DNA of 64,000 bases from Candidatus Gottesmanbacteria bacterium (lineage in GTDB: Bacteria; Patescibacteriota; Microgenomatia; UBA10105; UBA927). The stretch is taken from assembly GCA_030679255.1 (NCBI GenBank), contig JAUXTO010000025.1:8719-72718 (forward strand), in the 5' to 3' direction. The notes beneath the pieces are model-generated. The model made no database searches, was not told the origin of the DNA, and saw nothing but the letters and a program-made list of their open reading frames with translations. A program made the position numbers and the translations under genes. Of the stretch, positions 1-10,122 are shown in pieces (position 1 is the first letter of the stretch; each line of letters opens with the position of its first letter).

Positions 1-502
1 CAAAGGACGCAGCAAGGGCATCTTTAATCGGAATAAAATCTCGCCGGACCGCGCCTTGGGAAATAGCAAAAATTTCCTGCTCGGCTTTATCCAATATTTC
101 CCGGGCGCTTCCTTCATCTTTAAATGCCATCGTCGTCACGCGGGCGGCTGTTTCGATAAGCCGGCGTTTGGTAAAATGCTCCACGATGATACGAGCGTAC
201 TGCTCGGCATGGGCGCTTGTGGGGACGGTGTTGAGAAGTTCGCTCACATAAGTCGCCCCCCCAACGGCCTTGAGATTACCGGAGGTTTTAAGCGCCGCAG
301 TGAGCGTGACGACGTCTATGGGATCATGCGCTTCAAAAAGCGTCACCATTGCCGCAAAGATCATCCCGTGCTGATCATTATAAAAGTGTGCCGGGCGTAA
401 AAACTCAGCGACGTCGATCATGGCGTCTTTATCGATGAGCACAGCGCCCAGCACCGACTGTTCGGCGACAGAATCATGAGGAGGAACTTTGGGATCTTGC
501 AT
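1..502 (-). CDS. dnaB: Replicative DNA helicase DnaB, N-terminal part. Partial: the gene continues past the left edge of the window.
   Basis: An open frame on the minus strand has its ATG at 502 and runs off the window. The translation MQDPKVPPHDSVAEQSVLGAVLIDKDAMIDVAEFLRPAHFYNDQHGMIFAAM... is a typical DnaB N-terminal domain. The supplied ORF track misses it because there is no stop codon in the window. Confidence 0.85.
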   Translation of the reverse strand, partial: MQDPKVPPHDSVAEQSVLGAVLIDKDAMIDVAEFLRPAHFYNDQHGMIFAAMVTLFEAHDPIDVVTLTAALKTSGNLKAVGGATYVSELLNTVPTSAHAEQYARIIVEHFTKRRLIETAARVTTMAFKDEGSAREILDKAEQEIFAISQGAVRRDFIPIKDALAASF

Positions 503-507
503 AACTA

Positions 508-636
508 ATTTACAAATCTGCAAATGGCAAATCTGCAAATAAATGAGGAAATGTACAATGAATGATTAAATCATTTTCACAATTTACTCATTACGTCTTC
601 ATTTATTTGTAGATTCGCAGATTTGTATATTTGCAG
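508..636. promoter_or_regulatory. Iteron-like array of TTGCAGATTT-type motifs in inverted arrangement, in the dnaB upstream region
   Basis: aaatctgcaaat occurs twice on the left and ttgtagattc / gcagattt / ttgcagattt on the right. Five copies in total. Confidence 0.4.
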
Positions 637-639
637 ATT

Positions 640-1284
640 TCACTGGAGCACAACGACCTGCATCTCTTCCGGGAGTTTGTCGCGGGTGACAGAAAATTTG
701 GGCTGGGGAGAAACTTCTGTCTTACCCATCTCTTTAAGAAATGCGTCAACGCCGGAAAGCTCTGCAAACATTTTTTGATCTAAGCCAGGACGGTTATAAT
801 GCATGGGGATGACGATCGTGGGTTCGATCTCTCCAACGATTTTGGCGGCCACCGAAGCGTCAATCGTGTACACGCCCCCCACCGGGACGAGCAGGATATC
901 TACGCCATCCAGGCTATCCACATCTGCTGCCGTAAGTTCGTGGCCCAAGTCACCCAAATGGACGACGGACAATCCGTCTATTTCTATGCGATAGATGGTG
1001 TTTTTTCCCCTTTTCGCTCCCTTTTGATCATCGTGATAGACCCCGAGTCCCACCACGCCGACTCCTTTGATCTCATACTCGCCGGGGCCGGTGACAATAA
1101 ATGGATTACCTTCTACTAAACGCAATGCATTGTGGTCTTCATGTTGATGCGAAACGGTGACGATATCAGCCTCAACATGCTTCGGAAACGTGAGTCCGAT
1201 GTTGCTGCCATACGGATCCGTGACCACCGTCGCAGCTTTTCCGCGGAGCTTAAATGATGAATGTCCAAGATATGTTATGTCCAT
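640..1284 (-). CDS. Metal-dependent hydrolase of the MBL fold (UPF0173/YtkL-like)
   Basis: 214 aa, with HxHxDH-like SHQHEDH and a beta-lactamase-fold pattern (DPYG...HLGDLGH). Confidence 0.7.
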   Translation of the reverse strand: MDITYLGHSSFKLRGKAATVVTDPYGSNIGLTFPKHVEADIVTVSHQHEDHNALRLVEGNPFIVTGPGEYEIKGVGVVGLGVYHDDQKGAKRGKNTIYRIEIDGLSVVHLGDLGHELTAADVDSLDGVDILLVPVGGVYTIDASVAAKIVGEIEPTIVIPMHYNRPGLDQKMFAELSGVDAFLKEMGKTEVSPQPKFSVTRDKLPEEMQVVVLQ

Positions 1285-1315
1285 GCTTGCAATTTATACC
1301 ACTTTCTCCTATCCT

Positions 1316-1789
1316 ATGACAACTGCCGCTTTTACTTCAATGAATAAAGACGCAATGCTCGCGACCACGATTGGCCTCATACTCGGACTCACGATTGCCG
1401 GGGTTTTCATTTTTGGACCGGGGATTGCCCGGGCTATACCAAAGTTCTCGCTCCCATCGTTCTCGTTGCCAAAACCCTCGACAAAAACATCTCCCCAGCC
1501 CACAAGTACTCCGAAAGAATTTTCGGTTACCATAACCGCGCCGCTTGCTGATGCGGTAGAGCCTAAAAAGGATGTGGTAGTTTCAGGGCTTACCATTACT
1601 GGCGCCACCGTGGTCATTCAGGGACCTATCGACGAGGATGTCGTCCTGGCTGGAGAGGGCGGCGCCTATGCAGGACGGGTCACCGCTCTAGAAGGCAAAA
1701 ATGATATCACCGTGACGGCCTATGCCCAAAACGGAACCAAACAAGCACAGAGCTCAGTCACTATTTTTTATACCGAAGAAAATTTTTAA
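1316..1789 (+). CDS. Hypothetical membrane-anchored or secreted protein
   Basis: The ORF at 1157 overlaps the upstream gene, so the likely start is MTTAAF at 1316. It has an N-terminal TM helix followed by an S/T/P-rich linker and a beta-rich domain. Confidence 0.45.
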   Translation: MTTAAFTSMNKDAMLATTIGLILGLTIAGVFIFGPGIARAIPKFSLPSFSLPKPSTKTSPQPTSTPKEFSVTITAPLADAVEPKKDVVVSGLTITGATVVIQGPIDEDVVLAGEGGAYAGRVTALEGKNDITVTAYAQNGTKQAQSSVTIFYTEENF

Positions 1790-1790
1790 T

Positions 1791-2588
1791 ATGAAAAAAG
1801 TATCTCTCTATCTATTCACCATTTCCATGATGTCTCTTCTATTTCCATCGCCGGTGGCGTTGGCTGCACTAGCCACTCCGTCAGCCGCGCCAAAGGTCAG
1901 TACAGCAAGCGCGACCACAAAAAAAATTGAAGACCTCAAGGATCGATTGGCGACCAAGGTTGCCGAGCTTCGACAGACTTCCCGCCGTGCAATCGTGGGC
2001 ACGGTCAAATCTACATCGATCACGAGCTTTGTTGTAGAAACAAAAACGAAAGACATTAAAATCGAGCTTATGGATGAAATCAAAGTAATACAATATCTTA
2101 AAGGCAAACGAACGATTCTTACTGGTGAAGATATAGCCAAAGGTGATCTCGTCGCGGTCTTTGGGGAACACGATGCCACGCTGGACCTACTCAAAGCCAC
2201 CATCGTCGTGATTCAATCCCGAAGTCCCGAGCGTATTTCGGGCACAGTCAGTGCACGCGACGACACGGAGTTTACGCTGACCATTACCACACCACAAGGA
2301 CAAACGATGATGATAGATATCGAAAAAGCAACGAAAACACTCGCCTGGAATCGGGAGAAGAAAGAAATTATCAAATCCGGATTTTCTAAAATCACCGTCG
2401 GGGCTACTGTCCACATCGTAGGATTCCCCGTTCCCAAAAAAGAAAATCGGATGAGCGCCGACCGGATTCTTGACCTTGGCAATCTTGCCTCCCCCGCGGA
2501 TCTTGCGATTCCGTCTACACCGACCCCTACGGAAAAACAAGCATCTCCTTCGGCCGCAGCCACCAAGAAACCTACTCCAACCCCGTAA
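1791..2588 (+). CDS. Hypothetical secreted protein (signal peptide, P/T-rich C-terminus)
   Basis: Start chosen at MKKVSLYLFTISMMSLLFPSPVALA (signal-peptide-like). The C-terminus is PSTPTPTEKQASPSAAATKKPTPTP. Confidence 0.5.
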   Translation: MKKVSLYLFTISMMSLLFPSPVALAALATPSAAPKVSTASATTKKIEDLKDRLATKVAELRQTSRRAIVGTVKSTSITSFVVETKTKDIKIELMDEIKVIQYLKGKRTILTGEDIAKGDLVAVFGEHDATLDLLKATIVVIQSRSPERISGTVSARDDTEFTLTITTPQGQTMMIDIEKATKTLAWNREKKEIIKSGFSKITVGATVHIVGFPVPKKENRMSADRILDLGNLASPADLAIPSTPTPTEKQASPSAAATKKPTPTP

Positions 2589-2697
2589 AGGCCTGGCCTT
2601 AGCCTTGTTTATCCTGAGCTTGTCGCAGGAGAAGGCCTGGCCTTGAGACTGTTACGATTTGACCGTTCTATTCTCGGTATGCTATCGTATTACCATA

Positions 2698-3054
2698 ATG
2701 AAACAATCGAGCGATACTTCCTACCCCACCCCCGCGATGAAAGAACTTTTCCACGCAATACTTCGGATCAAAACTCCCGATGAAGCATCAAACTTTTTCC
2801 GCGACCTTCTCACCATTGCCGAACTCAAAGAATTTACCAACCGCTGGCAGGTCGTGAAACTTCTGTATGAAGGCATGACGTATGAAGCAATTGCCAAACG
2901 CCTGATGATTTCTACGGCGACCGTCACCCGAGTCACCCACTGGCTCCACCATGGAATGGATGGGTACAAAGCCGTGGCAAACCGGGCGTTTCTAAAAGGA
3001 AAATTAAAAGTCGTTGATCGTCATCCTCGGGCCCGAGGATCCAGTTCAATTTAG
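2698..3054 (+). CDS. TrpR-like protein of the YerC/YecD family
   Basis: DLLTIAELKEFTNRWQVVKLLYEGMTYEAIAKRLMISTATVTRV matches the YerC/YecD TrpR-related family. Confidence 0.65.
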   Translation: MKQSSDTSYPTPAMKELFHAILRIKTPDEASNFFRDLLTIAELKEFTNRWQVVKLLYEGMTYEAIAKRLMISTATVTRVTHWLHHGMDGYKAVANRAFLKGKLKVVDRHPRARGSSSI

Positions 3055-3644
3055 AAATTTGACACCATCTGTTTTCTAATAGGTTCATACTTCGTTTTCA
3101 CCTCTCCATCAACAGTAATCTTTGAAAATTGAGCAGGCAGAGGTTTTGCTGTATGCATACTCGGTCCATCTTGAAGATGAAAATGAATATGCGGCTCACT
3201 CGTGTTGCCGGTATTTCCGCACAATCCCAACAGATTGCCTTGTATCACGTGATCCCCAACCTTTACCTGAATAGAGTTATATTTGAAATGACATAGCACG
3301 CTGAATTCGCCGTTTTGGTGATCGATGATGACGGTATTGCCCACGCCCACCGCCCGATCGCGCTCGCCGGGCAGGACATCTATCGCGCCATTTATTACCT
3401 GAATAATAACGCCGTCGCCCGGAGCAATGACCTCCTCACTGTACACGTCATATTCTTCAAGTTTTTCTCCAGCTCCCGTATGCCCTCTTCTGAAATCATA
3501 CGCATATATCTGGTTCTTCGGCCCATCCCCACTCGCAAATTTTACATGATTATTCGTCTCTCCCGTTCGCCCACCATTACTCACCATCCACGTCCCCAAA
3601 AATGGAAGTACAAGTTTCGTTTTTGTTTGATAATCCATACCCAT
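3051..3644 (-). CDS. M23 family metallopeptidase (LytM domain)
   Basis: GNTVIIDHQNGEFSVLCHFKYNSIQVKVGDHVIQGNLLGLCGNTGNTSEPHIHFHL is the peptidase M23 signature (HxxxD...HxH). Confidence 0.85.
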   Translation of the reverse strand: MGMDYQTKTKLVLPFLGTWMVSNGGRTGETNNHVKFASGDGPKNQIYAYDFRRGHTGAGEKLEEYDVYSEEVIAPGDGVIIQVINGAIDVLPGERDRAVGVGNTVIIDHQNGEFSVLCHFKYNSIQVKVGDHVIQGNLLGLCGNTGNTSEPHIHFHLQDGPSMHTAKPLPAQFSKITVDGEVKTKYEPIRKQMVSNF

Positions 3645-4014
3645 AGTATACTTGGTACCGGTACGTAAATTTTTTCCGCATCACTAATCGCGGCCAAATA
3701 TCTCTCTTGACATCATCATGGTAACATGTTAACATGCTATTATTCAATTAATTAATCATTCTACACTTCTCTGTAGGAGTGTAGAAATTTGTCTATGAAA
3801 CTTTTCAATCAATCAAATCAATTTTCTTACAACCAAGCCGCTTCCGACGCGGCTTCTTCCGCTCGCTCCCCCCGCCATCATACCTACTCCTAATCATCCC
3901 CCGCGCGTCGCGGAGTTCTGAAGTTTTTTTCCAATTTTCATTTATCATTCGTAGATTTACAGATTCGTAGATTCATCATTTCTTCATAACTCCCCCACTC
4001 GCAGGAACACTATT

Positions 4015-4086
4015 GGTGGCTGTAGCTCAAAAGTAGAGCATCCCGTTGTGGGCGGGAGTGAGCGGGAGCGTTACCCGTCAGTCACC
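4015..4086 (+). tRNA. tRNA-His-like element (anticodon GUG, with G-1), non-canonical D- and T-loops. Either a genuine tRNA-His or a tRNA mimic in the his-operon leader.
   Basis: Hand fold: G-1 then acceptor GGUGGCUG/CAGUCACC (one G-U pair), D-stem GCUC/GAGC, anticodon arm UCCCG-UUGUGGG-CGGGA with GUG at positions 34-36, T-stem GCGGG/CCCGU. The 5' half is near-identical to E. coli tRNA-His (GUGGCUAUAGCUCAG...). The D-loop lacks GG and the T-loop is AGCGUUA instead of TPsiC. It ends 14 nt before the hisG SD (taaggagg). Confidence 0.45.
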
Positions 4087-4100
4087 CTAAGGAGGAATTT

Positions 4101-4979
4101 ATGACAGCAATAAACAACAAAAATCTAAAATTAGCGATGCAAAAAGAGGGGCGGCTGACCGAAGAAACGCTTGAATTTTTGCGTAAATCCGGCCTGGAAT
4201 TTGAAAGCTACAACCAAAGGCTTTTCTCGACATGCAGAAATTTTCCATTAGAGATCCTCTACGTGCGAGATGATGACATACCAGACTATGTAGCCTCCGG
4301 AACGGTTGATCTGGGGATCCTCGGACAAAATATACTCTCTGAGGAGAGACCGAAGGTAAAAAAACTCCTCAATTTACGTTTTGGGTTTTGTACGCTTTTT
4401 ATTGCGGTCCCAAAGGAATCACAGATCAATAATCTCTCCGATCTCAATGGCAAAACCATCGCGACAACCTACCCTAACTCTACCCAAAATTTTCTTCTAA
4501 AGAATAAAGTTGAAGCAAAAATAGTAACAATAAGCGGATCTGTGGAAATCACCCCTGCCCTTGGCGTAGCCGATGCCATATCCGACCTTCTCTCTACCGG
4601 AAGCACCCTGGCTCTGAATGATTTGCGGCCACTGACTAAAGTCTACGACTCCGAAGCCATACTCATCGCAAATGAAGAAAGTGTCGCATCCAAAAATAAA
4701 ATGATGCTCCTTAATAATCTTCTGACGAGATTTAAAGGAGTACTCTCAGCAAAAAATTACAAATATATACTGATGAGCGCTCCCGAAGAAAAACTCACGA
4801 AAATTAAAAAAATGCTGCCATCTCTTATTTTCCCCACGCTCGCAACGATTTCAAAAAATGGTTTTACGACGCTTCAAACCGTTATAAAAGAAGATGTACT
4901 TTGGGACATAACAGGCAAACTCAAAGCCGCAGGTATATCGCAAATCTTCGTATTGCCGATAGAAAAAATTATTTCGTAA
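4101..4979 (+). CDS. hisG: ATP phosphoribosyltransferase, long form
   Basis: 292 aa with HisG motifs (LAMQKEGRL, DIPDYVASGTVDLGILGQN) and the C-terminal regulatory domain. A strong SD sits upstream. Confidence 0.9.
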   Translation: MTAINNKNLKLAMQKEGRLTEETLEFLRKSGLEFESYNQRLFSTCRNFPLEILYVRDDDIPDYVASGTVDLGILGQNILSEERPKVKKLLNLRFGFCTLFIAVPKESQINNLSDLNGKTIATTYPNSTQNFLLKNKVEAKIVTISGSVEITPALGVADAISDLLSTGSTLALNDLRPLTKVYDSEAILIANEESVASKNKMMLLNNLLTRFKGVLSAKNYKYILMSAPEEKLTKIKKMLPSLIFPTLATISKNGFTTLQTVIKEDVLWDITGKLKAAGISQIFVLPIEKIIS

Positions 4980-4982
4980 AAT

Positions 4983-6280
4983 ATATGAACATCTACTCAC
5001 TCAGCGCCATACCGAACACTGTATATGACCGTGTCATGAAGCGATCATATGGATCCAGAGCGGACATACTCCCTCGCGTTCAACAAATTTTTGAAGATGT
5101 AAGAAAATACAAAGACCGTGCACTTTTCCAAGAATATGAAAAGCGATTCGGCTTAACTCCTTCATTTTCTTTAAAAATATCACGCAAGGAAATAAAAAGT
5201 GCGTATAAGAGGGTTGACTCGTCTCTGGTTCAAGCGCTCCAACAGATGATAAAAAATATTACCAAAGTAACTACGGCTCAGATGAAGTCAAAAACTGAGA
5301 CTGCAGTATCTACGGAAAAAGGGGTCAGAGCATGGCGGGAATGGAGAGCAATAGAAAAGGTTGGCCTCTATATTCCCGGCGGAAAAGCTGTGTATCCATC
5401 TTCAGTGCTCATGAGTGGGATACCTGCGATGGTTGCCGGATGCAAAGAAGTCATTCTCTGCTCCCCTCCTTCGGATAAAGGAAAAATTCCAGCGATTATC
5501 CTCGTCGCGGCAGATATGATCGGTATTTCAAATATTTACTCCGTAGGCGGCGCTTACGCGATTGCGGCGCTGACGATTGGCACAGAAAGCATACCAAAAG
5601 TCGACAAAATTATTGGTGCGGGAAATGCGCTTGTCACGACCGCTAAAATACTAGCACTTGAAACCACAAGTATCGATATGCCGGCAGGACCGTCTGAGGT
5701 ATTCATCATCGCAGACGAATCCGCAAATCCTTCCTACATCGCTTCGGATCTTCTGGCAGACGGCGAACACGGAGATGACTCGGCGTGCGTCCTCGTCACA
5801 ACATCATCTGATGTCGCCAAGAGCACGATACTTGAAATAGAAAAACAATTAATACACTTGCCTACTGCATCTCGTGTTCGCGAATCGCTAAGAAAGTACG
5901 GACTCGTTGCCGTTGTCAATTCTCTAGAGCAAGCAATCATTTTTGCAAATGACTACGCACCGGAGCACTTGGAAATTATGACAAAAAATCCAGTCGCGGT
6001 ATCTAAAAAAATTAATAATGCTGGCTCTGTTTTTATCGGAAACTATACATCCAAATCGGCAGGAGACTATGCTACCGGTGCGAATCACATATTGCCGACC
6101 GGTGGCATGGCAAAATCATATCCTCCTCTAGGTGTAGACGCGTTTGGGAAATGGATGCAGATCCAAGAATGCACAAAACAGGGCTTAAAAAATATTCAAA
6201 AAACAATTGAAGCCATCGCGACAGTGGAACAATTGCCAGCACACAAAAATTCTACATCAATACGATTTCAAAGTATATGA
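4983..6280 (+). CDS. hisD: Histidinol dehydrogenase
   Basis: HisD family motifs (GGKAVYPSSVLMSGIPAMVAGC, NHILPTGG). Start chosen at MNIYSLS just after the hisG stop. Confidence 0.9.
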
Positions 6281-7839
6281 ATAATCTAGTATTACAAAGA
6301 ATACGAAATATGAAACCATACGCGCTTCCAATCTCTGAGAGGCGTGCGTATCGTGGAATGCTGTTAGACTTTAACGAGCGCACAGTATCGACTTCTCCTA
6401 TCATCAAAAAAGCTATATTAAACCTATTGAAATCAGACACATTGCAGCTATACCCAGAATACGGTGGACTTGAGGTAAAGTTAGCGAAATATGCAGGCGT
6501 CGATTCAGATCAGATATTAATTACAAACGGATCTGACCAAGGGATTGATCTTGTATTTCGTACATTTACAGAAACCGGAGACACTGTCATCATTCCAACT
6601 CCCAGTTTTGCAATGTTCTCTCAGTCTGCTTGTATATCAGGAAATAAAATTCTCCGTCCTATGTATGCTAAGAAGAATTTGTCGTTTCCTCTCGATGACG
6701 TACTGTCAATGATAAATGGATCCATAAAACTCATTGTCCTCTGTAACCCAAATAACCCTACCGGCACAGCAGTGTCAATTGATGGTATTGAGCAAATTGC
6801 GCAGAGGGCACCTAATGCAATAATTCTTGTCGACGAAGCATATTTTGAATTTTCAGCACTTACAGCTGTTACGCTCATTGAGAAATACCCAAACATTATC
6901 GTAATACGAACACTTTCAAAAGCCTTTGGCCTCTCGTCACTGCGTATCGGCTATATTGTTGCATCAAAAAATTACATTAATGAGTTTTCTAAAATTCGAG
7001 GACCGTTTGATGTAAATATGATCGCATACACAGCTTCACTGGCAGCACTTGAGGACCTAAAAGACATGCAAAGGTATGTGAATGAAGTAATGAAAAAATC
7101 CAAGCCGATGATTGAAAAATTTTTCTTTGAAAACGATATAAGATTTTATGCATCTGCTGCTAACTTTATTCTTTATAAACCAATTCAAGAACAGGAAGAA
7201 AAAATATTAAGAGACAACGGCATCTTAGTACGTGCACAAGATAAAACTAATATAGAAAATACCCTTCGTTTAACTATAGGAACTATTGAACAGATGAAAC
7301 AATTCATAAAAGTTTACCGAAATAAGATATTGAAAAAATCGAAATCAATAAAATACGCGTTTATAGATCGCGACGGAACATTAATTTTTGAGCCTCAAGA
7401 TACATTTCAGATTGACAGCATAGAGAAGTTAAAAATTTTAGACGGAGTAATCCCTTCACTCAATAAACTCAGTAAGAAAGGGTACGAACTTATTATGGTA
7501 TCAAATCAGGATGGCTTAGGAACGTCGGCTTTTCCACTTGCAAATTTTGAAGTGCCTCAAAACAAAATGCTAGAAATTTTTGAGAAAAATGGTATTACAT
7601 TTACCAAAATATATATCTGTCCACACATGCCATCGGAAAGCTGTATGTGCAGGAAACCAAAAATCGGACTTGTAAAAAAATTTCTAAAAGTGAACCAGAT
7701 AGACAAGAATAACTCCTTTGTCTGTGGAGATCGAGAGACTGACAGACGCTTTGCAAAAAATATCGGAATCAAATATGTCTCTATGAAAACGAATGGAAAT
7801 TTTCAAACAGCTCTATCACAAGGAGGTATAATTGTATGA
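6277..7839 (+). CDS. hisC: Histidinol-phosphate aminotransferase fused to a C-terminal HAD-type histidinol-phosphatase domain
   Basis: The first ~350 aa are class-II aminotransferase (NPNNPTG, SKAFGLSSLRIGY). The C-terminal ~165 aa is a HAD phosphatase (FIDRDGTL, GmhB/HisB-N-like). The start is ATGA-overlapped with the hisD stop. Confidence 0.8.
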   Translation: MNNLVLQRIRNMKPYALPISERRAYRGMLLDFNERTVSTSPIIKKAILNLLKSDTLQLYPEYGGLEVKLAKYAGVDSDQILITNGSDQGIDLVFRTFTETGDTVIIPTPSFAMFSQSACISGNKILRPMYAKKNLSFPLDDVLSMINGSIKLIVLCNPNNPTGTAVSIDGIEQIAQRAPNAIILVDEAYFEFSALTAVTLIEKYPNIIVIRTLSKAFGLSSLRIGYIVASKNYINEFSKIRGPFDVNMIAYTASLAALEDLKDMQRYVNEVMKKSKPMIEKFFFENDIRFYASAANFILYKPIQEQEEKILRDNGILVRAQDKTNIENTLRLTIGTIEQMKQFIKVYRNKILKKSKSIKYAFIDRDGTLIFEPQDTFQIDSIEKLKILDGVIPSLNKLSKKGYELIMVSNQDGLGTSAFPLANFEVPQNKMLEIFEKNGITFTKIYICPHMPSESCMCRKPKIGLVKKFLKVNQIDKNNSFVCGDRETDRRFAKNIGIKYVSMKTNGNFQTALSQGGIIV

Positions 7840-8426
7840 ACCGAAAAGCAATAATAAGCAGGAAAACAAACGAAACTGACATTTCAGTAGACCTGAACAT
7901 TGACGGAACAGGAAAAAGAACTATAGATATACCGATAGGATTTCTAACGCACATGTTGGATCTATTGTCCAAACACGGCATGTTTGATCTTTCCATAAAA
8001 GCTCGCGGAGATACAAATATAGACGAGCACCACACGGTCGAAGACATTGGCATTGTCTTGGGCGAGGCGTTCGCAAAAGCTCTTGGGGATAAAAAGGGCA
8101 TCAGTCGATATGGCTTTTTTATACTCCCGATGGATGAAGCAGTGGCGACGGTGGCTGTCGATTTTGCGGGACGATATGCGTTTACGCTCGACTGTCCATT
8201 TTCCCGAGAAAAGGTTGGTGATTTACCAACAGAGCTCGTCTATGATTTCTGGGATGCATTTGCCCAAAACGCAAAGGTAAATTTATTTATCAAAGTCGAA
8301 AACGGCCGGAACGATCACCACAAAATTGAAGGGGTATTTAAAGCAACTGCCCGGGCAATACGTATGGCGTGCGGATGGGACGAGCGGGCAATCAATCAAT
8401 TACCATCAACAAAAGGAACGTTATGA
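7836..8426 (+). CDS. hisB: Imidazoleglycerol-phosphate dehydratase
   Basis: IGPD motifs (IDEHHTVEDIGIVLGEA, GRNDHHKIEGVFKA). Confidence 0.9.
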   Translation: MNRKAIISRKTNETDISVDLNIDGTGKRTIDIPIGFLTHMLDLLSKHGMFDLSIKARGDTNIDEHHTVEDIGIVLGEAFAKALGDKKGISRYGFFILPMDEAVATVAVDFAGRYAFTLDCPFSREKVGDLPTELVYDFWDAFAQNAKVNLFIKVENGRNDHHKIEGVFKATARAIRMACGWDERAINQLPSTKGTL

Positions 8427-9037
8427 TAACCATCATTGATTATGGATTGGGAAATATCGGAAGCGTGGCAAACACGCTTACGCGACTTGGCCAAACGTAC
8501 CAAATAAGCGCTGACCCAGCAGAGATCAGATCTGCTGATGTGCTGTTATTGCCGGGTGTCGGCGCGGCGGGGGTTGGCATGAAAAATTTACGGGATCGAG
8601 GGCTCGACGTTGCTATTCGACGTGCAATACAAAACGGAAAACCATTTCTTGGAATTTGCCTCGGTATGCAATTGTTGTTTGACTATAGCGAAGAAGCCGA
8701 TACTCCATGTCTGGGAATACTCAAGGGATCGGTGAAAAAATTTCAGCGCGAACGGAAGGTGCCCCAAATCGGATGGAATCTAGTAATTCCGGTCAAGACA
8801 AATCCGAATGCTGTGCGATTGTTTGCCGGCATTCCGGAAAGAAACGCGTTTTATTTTGTAAACAGTTATTACCCAATTCCGGCTGATACGTCAGTCGTTG
8901 CGGCGACAACCGAATATGGCGAGCAGTTTGCAAGTGTCGTTGCGATAAAAAATATCGTTGCGACACAATTCCACCCGGAAAAAAGCGGCGAAACAGGACT
9001 CAGATTGTTACAAAATTTTATAAAGGAGTATGTATGA
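8423..9037 (+). CDS. hisH: Imidazole glycerol phosphate synthase, glutamine amidotransferase subunit
   Basis: [15 protein letters not shown]..., GICLGMQ and a catalytic H near the C-terminus. The start overlaps the hisB stop. Confidence 0.9.
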   Translation: MITIIDYGLGNIGSVANTLTRLGQTYQISADPAEIRSADVLLLPGVGAAGVGMKNLRDRGLDVAIRRAIQNGKPFLGICLGMQLLFDYSEEADTPCLGILKGSVKKFQRERKVPQIGWNLVIPVKTNPNAVRLFAGIPERNAFYFVNSYYPIPADTSVVAATTEYGEQFASVVAIKNIVATQFHPEKSGETGLRLLQNFIKEYV

Positions 9038-9798
9038 CAACCAAACGCATTATTCCATGTCTGGATATGACGCAAGGAAAAGTGGTGAAAGGGATTCAAT
9101 TCGTGGATTTCCGGGATGCCGGAGATCCGGTCGTGCTTGCCAAAAAATACAGTGAAACAGGAGCGGATGAATTAGTATTTTTGGATATCACGGCCACGGT
9201 TGAAAATCGGCCAATTCTTTTGGATGTTGTGGAGAGAACGGCAAAAAATGTAACTATCCCTTTTTCCGTAGGCGGCGGTATCAGAACTATCGAAGATATG
9301 CGTCAAATATTACTAGCCGGAGCGGATAAGGTATCGGTAAACACTGGAGCGGTAAATAACCCTGCGCTCATTACGAAATGTGCCAACGCATTTGGCAATC
9401 AGTGTGTAGTACTGTCTTTAGATGCAAAACAGATGGCACCAGGACAGTGGAATGCTTTTATTAACGGTGGCATGAAGGATTCTGGTAAATCAGCGATTGA
9501 TTGGGCAAAAGAAGCCACGCGGTTAGGTGCGGGCGAAATTCTTCTGACGAGTATCGATCAAGACGGTACAAAAAAAGGATTTAATATAGGTCTTACAAGA
9601 GAAGTTTCTCGGAACGTATCCGTACCGGTGATAGCTTCAGGAGGAGCCGGGAAAAAAGAGGATTTTTTAGATGTGTTTGTAAAGGGTGAAGCGGACGCTG
9701 CTCTTGCCGCATCATTGTTTCACTTTAGCGAATTGACAATCAAGGAGCTTAAACAATATCTCAAAGAACAAAATGTCATAATACGGGAGGCTTTATGA
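9034..9798 (+). CDS. hisF: Imidazole glycerol phosphate synthase, cyclase subunit
   Basis: [17 protein letters not shown] and ASGGAG match HisF. No hisA lies between hisH and hisF. Confidence 0.9.
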   Translation: MTTKRIIPCLDMTQGKVVKGIQFVDFRDAGDPVVLAKKYSETGADELVFLDITATVENRPILLDVVERTAKNVTIPFSVGGGIRTIEDMRQILLAGADKVSVNTGAVNNPALITKCANAFGNQCVVLSLDAKQMAPGQWNAFINGGMKDSGKSAIDWAKEATRLGAGEILLTSIDQDGTKKGFNIGLTREVSRNVSVPVIASGGAGKKEDFLDVFVKGEADAALAASLFHFSELTIKELKQYLKEQNVIIREAL

Positions 9799-10115
9799 AG
9801 AATGTAACGATAGATTTTAGTAAAAGAAATGGATTGGTACCCGCTATTATTCAGGATTTTCAAAGCGGAGTTGTTTACATGCTCGGATATATGAATAAAG
9901 AAGCGTTCGAAAAAACAAAGGAAACCAGTTGGGTATATTTTTGGAGCAGAAGCAGAGAATGTTTATGGATGAAGGGAGAAGAATCAGGAAATAAACTAAG
10001 AGTAAAAGAGATTCTTATTGATTGTGATAACGATACAATTTTAGTAAAGATCAAATTGGATGGAAAAAACGCGTGTCACACAGGCAATATAACATGTTTT
10101 AATACGAAATTGTGA
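9795..10115 (+). CDS. hisI: Phosphoribosyl-AMP cyclohydrolase
   Basis: 106 aa with GLVPAIIQD and CHTG motifs. Confidence 0.85.
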   Translation: MKNVTIDFSKRNGLVPAIIQDFQSGVVYMLGYMNKEAFEKTKETSWVYFWSRSRECLWMKGEESGNKLRVKEILIDCDNDTILVKIKLDGKNACHTGNITCFNTKL

Positions 10116-10122
10116 GGAATAT

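Noticed and set aside
56-400. 114-aa plus-strand ORF
   Set aside because: It lies wholly inside the minus-strand dnaB N-terminal coding region, which has a strong family match, so it is a shadow ORF.
1157-1315. 5' part of the 210-aa ORF at 1157
   Set aside because: This part overlaps the MBL-fold hydrolase gene on the other strand. The downstream ATG at 1316 gives a sensible TM-anchored protein.
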